From the IMG/VR virus record IMGVR_UViG_3300022666_000111: DNA of 64,000 nt; one strand, given 5' to 3'. Source of the stretch: a virus (taxonomy: Duplodnaviria; Caudoviricetes). Below are positions 58,901 through 64,000 of the stretch, piece after piece. The notes beneath the pieces are model-generated. The model ran no database searches. It saw only the letters and a program-made list of their open reading frames with translations, and was not told the origin of the DNA. Position 1 is the stretch's first letter, and each line of letters opens with the position of its first letter. Position numbers and translations under genes: made by a program.

Positions 58901-58923
58901 CGAAGCTCCTGGCGATCACGTAA
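52993..58923 (+). CDS. Giant baseplate/tail-tip structural protein (1976 aa)
   Basis: Thr/Gly/Pro beta-rich; repeated TD....F...V.PGD...I domains; synteny. Confidence 0.75.
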   Translation: MAFSISGYILEKPRVGTANNTYTATPDNRITDWTAWNAAYPATEINPNDDYLVLVTTEGNVTTSRFGWTKNETVRRFDFMGRTQRYDLLKGTSPDAVGTVGLDSNTNRLKISPPVSDDLIHYPLRVSVTAPGDSGITLRPTVVPDEAHFSDPGSGYIQIAEDTGTINWHPADLTYYAGRSVACQRQGFQTNSSGLLGVPSDVLLLSPIPASGQVPQIRLGFDLPLTAIERANETAFSSDPAPGTVEWAANTGRLKLNSAATKAVYYDGVLMQTGLAIPTRSLGTVATPSALWPLPSEGGDVVFVATSGTQRKQFGTTIFVDSFTTVDRGSVQIRRSDGALAFSVADAAVYGTWTLTAYVCDLPIEHGVSLRLFRCPVNPDASNPDIPDFRLIYPAEKETLTGSVVGAPFVFLPATPLETYPMQVYVTQGTGSYTSDDFPNLETYSVLAPRTYGYILDYTEGQLKFAQRRLQYVIDRALPGSSAQLPDTYIQTTGLLLELETLIPGTWATLDLTSDAFIEPLSGVVFFTRTTGTLRASGTNGSITGTTFTDPTKDFTTFAQPGDLVVITSETSPGTVKGVYTISLIMSTVSVRLDVEGFDSGPLTYEVRRGTEILADRYFQEAVLQDPNTKVERILPLGTITNSPRLTVPTAWVSKFRIRYGRSPFSTTPVLVTTFSSPSAIPAGSLEVNAAGELNFAQDDVDTGETVYWARSLTPGVDYKLTAPLGFFEFTDRFMSDEEGRVEYVSVNTDTGETTSVVEPMTFLIRKELAQPRTVVTDTVLFNPSGRNIAPDPAPAVFRGGRPQTTSQYSLDLLTSTCTFLPDLHVDGLLPHGNKVAPDESIYIDYYVLGAVGGEKTITVLQPPMSVVTVVFDEDASSFQLAGDWTATFKPDYLLLIETSEVHFIESVTYSGGVTTVTLNPNDTFQAKWTSPKLFMPSGATPISTYFVPEIHTFEASPRGVNKLKFTGDLRDFYQKGVVIRFDYATGQVSYAIVQGAKYDETLDVTELTLGTNLLRQCTASSVTLRRTVRPILEATATTAKTKMDPVAPIAPQAVQSVLVYSRVEGERGIILSTDTSPRYSMDTTGQVTFESPLSPKQSWNIIYTGYNTIEEGRRLRATYTSIITPDDSNGLLGQGVLMDYSLASPDTFYYRVVKMTDYQAELVADYTKEAKNSVPSSGPMLSNVGATQLQDQGSPSVYYPEGDYANQDFVGRIVLKWYNDAVNLLEDVLQNMDGRIVGSQDGRIRFDGNADNPKRPTNPTLPLDWSTVTNQIDDLIKVSDSPYSISFAFPNFSMTALGTYLHAYEASTWSRFYPTWRRRYGVVAPGVETGDPVMDTGSKGITGVYNLRTRLAWAVTTYPTAAGAASLTVDNAQGSADNVRPPFKVGMEIVVQARDGTILIAESDHVSVVGVAATSLTLSGTLPTAAAVGTTVYRSTQCPFGAGTADAIATYLAGRDFAFNGETGQILYVKPFPPFDGSLTPPVPAELQAKPLPAGATLSCEVTLNNQLTAPEKIPALYGGTTDDDGEILFPVLSPSPGCELGAGYLGNDPNYVQDVRDVTTSEVTRTGSLDVTRTIITVTAPLPVTPKVYDLVRILDGLNGPSDFYEVVSATPTTITVGLPFLHADTGFTVEVVAPSSLVTGSGTITLTDTLTDLAATFQTAGVQPGHTLVITTGASAGRRLQVTQVVSQTVLRFSTAATNGVVTSYRVINPLASFGSHAGSGTALDTLVGANTGLLGVILTNTTPMLSENGALEAFIDLVFTYVGAGTGGMSGTTLTDPGATFETSGVSSGDVVYIRTGGNAGFYEVASVTSETVLEVTTAFPAASGAYQVGSIFGVRIETLQLLMAVLLANDAFVATAQAFEVLLTTSVPVVTTAGLIDPTAFARATLADDLDARDTATLARVAALTNPSGPMATIVSVLSSGDRLYDRRYTWIDSRINLMNGTRVRWARAILERSRLLAESLSAMTKLLAIT

Positions 58924-59060
58924 AGGCGGAGTGGGAGACGCGCACGCGTTTCAAGATCAACGAGGAGATGCTCAAGGTCCTCGAGCTTGCCAAGAAGGCA
59001 AGCGAGGACCAGATCGCCGCATACCGTCGCAAGATCGACCGTTTGACCTACGGGAGCTGA
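58797..59060 (+). CDS. Small protein overlapping the upstream gene end
   Basis: GGAG-N6-ATG; helical C-half fills the gap to 59062. Confidence 0.5.
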   Translation: MDRLENQSDERNEGAVGSSDPGAIPATSGEPERNDEAPGDHVKAEWETRTRFKINEEMLKVLELAKKASEDQIAAYRRKIDRLTYGS

Positions 59061-59061
59061 C

Positions 59062-61290
59062 ATGTCGGATTGGCAGACCTTTTCCCTACAGATCCCGGGC
59101 AAGGACTACCTTGAGAAGGTCCGGAGCGTCCTTGAGACGCTCATGGTCTATCTTGAGGTCCTCAAGGCCATCTTGGAGACCATCAAGGCGTTCTTGATCG
59201 ACTTCGGCAACCCCATCAAGGCGTTGGTCGAGGCGCTCATCAAGCTCATCAAGCAGATGTTCGAAGCTCTCAAGCAGACGGGCATCTACGGATACTTCGA
59301 CGTCCCTGAGCCTACATTCGACCCCAACTTCGATCGCAATGCTGGGGGCTCACAAGCCTTCGTCAATCGATTCAAGGCGAGCCTCTACGACGATAAGGAC
59401 CCTAACCGCCCGCAACCTTTGCCCTTTTTCAACCAGGCGGGGTTCATCATTCTCATGGTCGATGCCTCCTCCGTCATGCGGATGGTCCGGCTCATCATGG
59501 TGCTCTTGCGGTTCTTTGGAAAGGAATTCACGGCGCCTCGGTATGCTGCTCCTGCCAATGCGCGGGTTCTCCCCGTTGGGGATAGCGGGGATCCCATCCT
59601 GGCCGTTGCTAAGGTCTTCAGCTCGGACATTGTAGCGGTCGCGGTTGAATGGTCCCTTCCTACCTCCCAAATGACGCCGGATCCTGGCTTCCAGGACGTG
59701 GTGGCGAACACGGCGGCAGAGTTCATCCCGCCTTGCTTCCTCGTAGAGAAGTCAGTGATCGACCCCATGTCGGCCGAGATCGATCTCGGTGACGCCGCAG
59801 GCGATGCTAACTCCGCAGGCATCGTCACCCATCAGCGTGAGACCGGTTTCGAATCCGGGGGTAAGCTGATCAAGCGCAAGGAGCGCGTTCGCGACATGTA
59901 TGGGGACGTCGTCGTGAAGTTCCAGAAGTACTACATGGTGAGCCCCACACAGACGCCAGAGACGTTTTGGACGGGGCAGCTCGGTAAGTTCCGATGGATT
60001 GACGGGGAGGTCGAGAAGGACAAGACCTACTACTACCGGGTGCGTGCCTTCAGCGGAACCCTCAATTGGGACGAAAATCAGCACATCTTGTACTTCCCTG
60101 CGACGTTGGACTACACACCAACGAACCCATCAGGCTTCACGTGGCCCGCAGGCGACAAGTCAGATCCCCCCGTCATGGGCAAGCCTACGGGCATCTACAG
60201 CGTACGCATCCCAAAGATCCCGGCCAACTTCGACGTCCTGGAGAACCTCAAGAGGCTCTTCCAGACGGCCTTCTCTCTCGACTTCCATCGTCCGCCTAAC
60301 ATCCAAAAGACAGGGCCAGATACCAGCCCAACGGTCATCCGCCCCGTCTTCGATAACAGCGGAAACCCGGTGTACCCCACGCTCCCCGAGGACATTGGGC
60401 GGGGGTCTCTTGAGAATTGGGCAGGGCCTCTTGCAGCCTTCGATGCTCTTCCCTTGGTAGGAATCGTCTCCAGCGCTACGACCATGGCGGAGCAGTACAA
60501 GCCAAGCGATGTCACAGGGCGCTACCCCGCTATGCCTTGGCAGAAGTTCCTCGTTCGCTACAACGCGACCCGTATGGCGAACCTCGTAGCCTCTGCCATG
60601 CTTCAAGCCGGGAGCTACGCGATCGATGGGTTCCGCGAGATCATGCAGGGGTCCTTGCCGGAAGGGCCGGTCGACATTGGTGTTATGAGTGGTAAGACCA
60701 CGCTGGAGCAATGCGTCTTCGCCCTTACGGACATCACCCCGGATGATCCTGAGCGTCCATCAAGAGGATCCACCATTGCGTTGGCCCAAGCATCGACCTA
60801 CGGAACGGCCTATTCGGATGCCGTGTTCCGGAAGAACGTCCTGGTGGCTATCAACCAGATCAAGAACTTCACGCTTGGGGGCGTGAAGCCGGATTGGCAA
60901 TCCTTGGCCCTCTTGAGGGACATCGTTCCTTGGGCGGGACAGATCCTTTACCAGATCCTGGCTGCCATCCAATCCCTCTTGGATGCCTTCAACGGCGTCA
61001 TTCAAGAGATCAAGGACTTCATCGACCTGCTTCTGCGCAAGATCAATGCCCTTGAGCGGTTCATCGAATTCCTCATCCGGCTCATGGAGTACGTCCTCTC
61101 CCTCGACGTTTCTTGCTACGTGCTCAACGTTTCCCCGATCACAAATGGCATCCCCGAGCTTATCGAGGCCATTGACAACGCGGGCAACGCCCCGCCTATG
61201 GATCCTGGCGGTTACTCCGCAGGGATCGCGCTAGCCTACGTCGCCCCCGACATCTCAGCGTTCCAGAAAGCTTTTGGATTGATCTTCTAG
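59062..61290 (+). CDS. Baseplate-region protein (amphipathic terminal helices, split FN3-like domain)
   Basis: GGGAG RBS; YYYRVRAF motif; hydrophobic helical termini. Confidence 0.7.
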   Translation: MSDWQTFSLQIPGKDYLEKVRSVLETLMVYLEVLKAILETIKAFLIDFGNPIKALVEALIKLIKQMFEALKQTGIYGYFDVPEPTFDPNFDRNAGGSQAFVNRFKASLYDDKDPNRPQPLPFFNQAGFIILMVDASSVMRMVRLIMVLLRFFGKEFTAPRYAAPANARVLPVGDSGDPILAVAKVFSSDIVAVAVEWSLPTSQMTPDPGFQDVVANTAAEFIPPCFLVEKSVIDPMSAEIDLGDAAGDANSAGIVTHQRETGFESGGKLIKRKERVRDMYGDVVVKFQKYYMVSPTQTPETFWTGQLGKFRWIDGEVEKDKTYYYRVRAFSGTLNWDENQHILYFPATLDYTPTNPSGFTWPAGDKSDPPVMGKPTGIYSVRIPKIPANFDVLENLKRLFQTAFSLDFHRPPNIQKTGPDTSPTVIRPVFDNSGNPVYPTLPEDIGRGSLENWAGPLAAFDALPLVGIVSSATTMAEQYKPSDVTGRYPAMPWQKFLVRYNATRMANLVASAMLQAGSYAIDGFREIMQGSLPEGPVDIGVMSGKTTLEQCVFALTDITPDDPERPSRGSTIALAQASTYGTAYSDAVFRKNVLVAINQIKNFTLGGVKPDWQSLALLRDIVPWAGQILYQILAAIQSLLDAFNGVIQEIKDFIDLLLRKINALERFIEFLIRLMEYVLSLDVSCYVLNVSPITNGIPELIEAIDNAGNAPPMDPGGYSAGIALAYVAPDISAFQKAFGLIF

Positions 61291-61300
61291 TAGAGGCCCT

Positions 61301-62041
61301 ATGCCATTCGACTGGAACGGTACCTTCAACAAGAGCCAATTCGACCGCTTCATGAAGTTCGCGCGGTCGCAGACGGCCCTCGTCTCTGCTCGGATCGACC
61401 ACCTCGAGGCCGAAAAGATCCGCATCGGAACGCCGATCTTCAAGTATGGCACAGACGGATCCCTTGTGGGCTACACGGCGGACCCCCCTACGTCCTACGT
61501 GGCGAAGCTCCTGGCCGCCTATGAAGCCCAAGGGGGCAACCCTTTCCTCGATCTAGTCATCCGGCTCAGGTCCGATCCCGTCTTCCGGCTACGTGGCGAT
61601 CAGCAGGGCATGAGTCAGCTCATGAGCAACGGGGAGGTCATCGGCCAACAAGGGCTGGCAGACGCCGCTTCTGCCCGGCTCATGCAAGAAGCCAAGGAGT
61701 GGTTGGTCGCCACGTTGGACTCTCGTATGGGGCATCTTGAGCGGAAGATCCGACGCTCTTTGGACTACTACGACCAGCTTGATTCCGAGGTCAAGCTCCT
61801 CACGGCTATCATCGGCAACACGGACGCCGAGGGATCGCTCGAGTATATCGCCAATGGGATCTCTGACCTCATTTCGGATGGGACCTACCGGGCGATCTAC
61901 AATGACAACGGATCGGATGAGCGTGGGGCTCTTACCTATGCTCCCTTCTCGGCATACGACACCGGGCCGGATTCCCCCGAGGACGTTTCCACCAACTACC
62001 GCCGTCAGGACGACGGAGCGAAGCGGAGCGGTGAGGTATGA
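61301..62041 (+). CDS. Baseplate-region coiled-coil protein
   Basis: GAGG RBS; operon continuity. Confidence 0.7.
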   Translation: MPFDWNGTFNKSQFDRFMKFARSQTALVSARIDHLEAEKIRIGTPIFKYGTDGSLVGYTADPPTSYVAKLLAAYEAQGGNPFLDLVIRLRSDPVFRLRGDQQGMSQLMSNGEVIGQQGLADAASARLMQEAKEWLVATLDSRMGHLERKIRRSLDYYDQLDSEVKLLTAIIGNTDAEGSLEYIANGISDLISDGTYRAIYNDNGSDERGALTYAPFSAYDTGPDSPEDVSTNYRRQDDGAKRSGEV

Positions 62042-63177
62042 GCTACGACCGTCAAATTGATCAGACCTGCCAGCACCGGGTTGTTGAAGAAGCCCTCTAC
62101 GTTGACGCGGATCGGCAAACGATCCGACCTATCCGGCCGATCGCGTCAATGGACTCGGTTATCGTTCGCGTCAACGGCGCCATCACGGTTCCCTCTCAAG
62201 GGCACTACGCTCCTGGGCGCGTTGTAGGATCTCGGGATGACACTTTCACGGTCACGGCTGGAAGCAATGACAAGCTCCTCCTTCAAGTGGGAGTGGCTGA
62301 CGTTCAGACGCTGACCCTTCCGGCAGGGACCTACCTCACGGCCAAGCAGATTGCGTACATCTTGAATCAGCAAGCGAGGGGGGTCCTCTTCGAGAGTCAT
62401 GGGCGTCGGTTGGCGGTCCGAACCGTGGATGAGGGGGCTGGGGCCACGATGGTCCTCAAGACGGGCAGTACGTTCGCCGCAACGGCCGGGCTAGGCGTCA
62501 ACCGGGTTTGGCGCGGGCGTACTATCAACCCTGGTTGGTCCTTGATAAACGACCCCAACACGCTCAACGATAGGCCCACCCGGTGGATCGTCTTTGACGA
62601 GCCTCTCAAGAGCACCACGGACTTCGCTGAAATCACCTACACGACCGTCCGTGAAGAGTGTCGCCGTTGTGGGGGCCTTGGGGTTGAGCACGATTGGCGC
62701 TACACCATCACGGGCGATGTGGTGGAGGTTCGGGACGAGGCGCTCCTGCTCCAGGAGATCCTCAAAATCATGTACACGATTTTGGGGAGCAACCCCTTCA
62801 ACCTCTGGTATGGAACCGACCTGGTCAATATGGTCGGCTCGAAGATCATTCTGGCGGAAATCGTGCAGAACACGATCGTAACGAACGTCCAGACGGCCTT
62901 CAACAGGTGGCAGAGCATCAAGCGTCGGCAAGAGCAGGACGTTGGGCAAGAGGTAAGCGATAGGGAGTACCCCTACAGGCTTGTCTCCGTCTCGGCGCAA
63001 CAAAGCTCACAAGATCAGACCGTCTTCTGGGTCTTCATCACGGTTCAAAACCGATCGGGCAACCCGATTGACATGACCCGGGGGATCCGGATCCCGCAAC
63101 CGCTCAGCCTTATGGACTCGACGGCTGCACAAGGTGTTATGAGGCAGTCTCTTAGCAACTACGTCCTCACGGGATAA
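62038..63177 (+). CDS. gp25-like sheath initiator with N-terminal inserted domain and CxxC
   Basis: LLQ...KI..T..GSNPF..WYGT.L..G.K resembles gp25/W family. Confidence 0.65.
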   Translation: MSYDRQIDQTCQHRVVEEALYVDADRQTIRPIRPIASMDSVIVRVNGAITVPSQGHYAPGRVVGSRDDTFTVTAGSNDKLLLQVGVADVQTLTLPAGTYLTAKQIAYILNQQARGVLFESHGRRLAVRTVDEGAGATMVLKTGSTFAATAGLGVNRVWRGRTINPGWSLINDPNTLNDRPTRWIVFDEPLKSTTDFAEITYTTVREECRRCGGLGVEHDWRYTITGDVVEVRDEALLLQEILKIMYTILGSNPFNLWYGTDLVNMVGSKIILAEIVQNTIVTNVQTAFNRWQSIKRRQEQDVGQEVSDREYPYRLVSVSAQQSSQDQTVFWVFITVQNRSGNPIDMTRGIRIPQPLSLMDSTAAQGVMRQSLSNYVLTG

Positions 63178-63182
63178 CCACG

Positions 63183-64000
63183 ATGGCAGTAACGCCCAAA
63201 TTCGTACTTCGTGACGGCAGCGGGACCTCGACGCAGCTCGTCTACACCACCAACAAGGACTACACGACCCTTGAGGGTGTCATTGATCAGACGGCGGTCG
63301 ACGTTCAGGTCTCTGTCAACGGGGCAGCATTCGTCTCGGACCCGACCCTTGTCCAGATCGATCTCCTCACCTTCGTGATCCCCAACCCTACGTCCAACCC
63401 TGACGGGCTATCCCTTGAGCCCGGGGAGAATACCATCGCGGTGCGCGTGGTGGACATCATTGGCGGAGTCAGCGCCCCGGCAACGGCGACGATCACACGG
63501 ATCAGCACCTATGCCAATTCCATCACCTACATCCCCACAGGGGTCAAGGTTCAACGCCGCCGAGATTCCGTTGACATCCTCACGGCCAAGCCGATCGTCG
63601 CAGCTATGGCCTCCTCGGGGTTCTACACCCCGCAGCCAGAGTTTCGGGGGTTCAACATCTACGCGTCAGCCTCTGCGGCGGGGGCCACAGGCTACTTCCG
63701 CGTCAATGAGAACCTGGTCACAACGCCGACGACGCTTGAAGAGGACACCTCCAACGTAGCCTCCACAAGCGTCCGGTGGGCCGGGACACAATCCCTCGTC
63801 AGGGTGCGCATCTCCGAAGAGGACGAATTCGGGCAAGAGGTCCAAGCCCTCCTTGATGAGCGCATGGACGCCACGACCTATATGGGAGACCTCAAGTTCT
63901 CGGGCTCCCTTGACGGGTTCAACCAGACCACCTACGTCAAGTTCAACCACCCCAGGGCGGGGGGATCCGGTGTCATCAACACGGACCAATTCTCCGACGT
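63183..64000 (+). CDS. Partial large baseplate (wedge-like) protein with N-terminal Ig/FN3-like domains
   Basis: Open frame from ATG 63183 (MAVTPKFVLRDG...) to the window end; follows the gp25-like gene. Confidence 0.65.
   Translation, partial: MAVTPKFVLRDGSGTSTQLVYTTNKDYTTLEGVIDQTAVDVQVSVNGAAFVSDPTLVQIDLLTFVIPNPTSNPDGLSLEPGENTIAVRVVDIIGGVSAPATATITRISTYANSITYIPTGVKVQRRRDSVDILTAKPIVAAMASSGFYTPQPEFRGFNIYASASAAGATGYFRVNENLVTTPTTLEEDTSNVASTSVRWAGTQSLVRVRISEEDEFGQEVQALLDERMDATTYMGDLKFSGSLDGFNQTTYVKFNHPRAGGSGVINTDQFSD

Noticed and set aside
1-64000. Extracellular contractile injection system / tailocin instead of phage
   Set aside because: Neck/head-closure genes, homing-endonuclease-like genes, ung, helicase and many small phage-type ORFs indicate a true large phage
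1-64000. CRISPR array, tRNA or rRNA genes
   Set aside because: Intergenic gaps are short and show no repeat-spacer periodicity or cloverleaf/T-loop signature
1-64000. Stop-codon reassignment
   Set aside because: Long genes are intact under the standard code, and TAA, TAG and TGA all end genes at tight operon junctions

Overview
GC-rich, gene-dense, almost entirely + strand segment of a large (jumbo-like) contractile-tailed dsDNA phage, covering the late/virion morphogenesis region. It holds putative head-internal and decoration proteins, neck/tail-completion genes, a 1428-aa tail sheath, tail tube, two tail chaperones, tape measure, two tube-initiator paralogues (one with a GH73-like muramidase insert), hub, spike and very large baseplate proteins. 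Interleaved are ung, a UvrD/PcrA-like helicase, a Dps-like protein, an actin-fold ATPase resembling archaeal volactin, a myxobacterial-style Cys-rich lipoprotein (suggesting a Myxococcota host), two free-standing PD-(D/E)XK homing-endonuclease-like genes and a tiny SSB-C-terminus mimic. Notable hidden structure: (i) unrelated proteins sharing a 'VxxRY/F' leader and [KR]-x-A-[ASG] motifs, including a polyprotein with repeated linker modules, suggesting a protease-processed capsid-cargo system; (ii) four distinguishable promoter-like motif classes plus a GAT-repeat element over several translation starts. No capsid, terminase, tRNA, rRNA or CRISPR array was seen. All product calls come from motif recognition and synteny without database searches.
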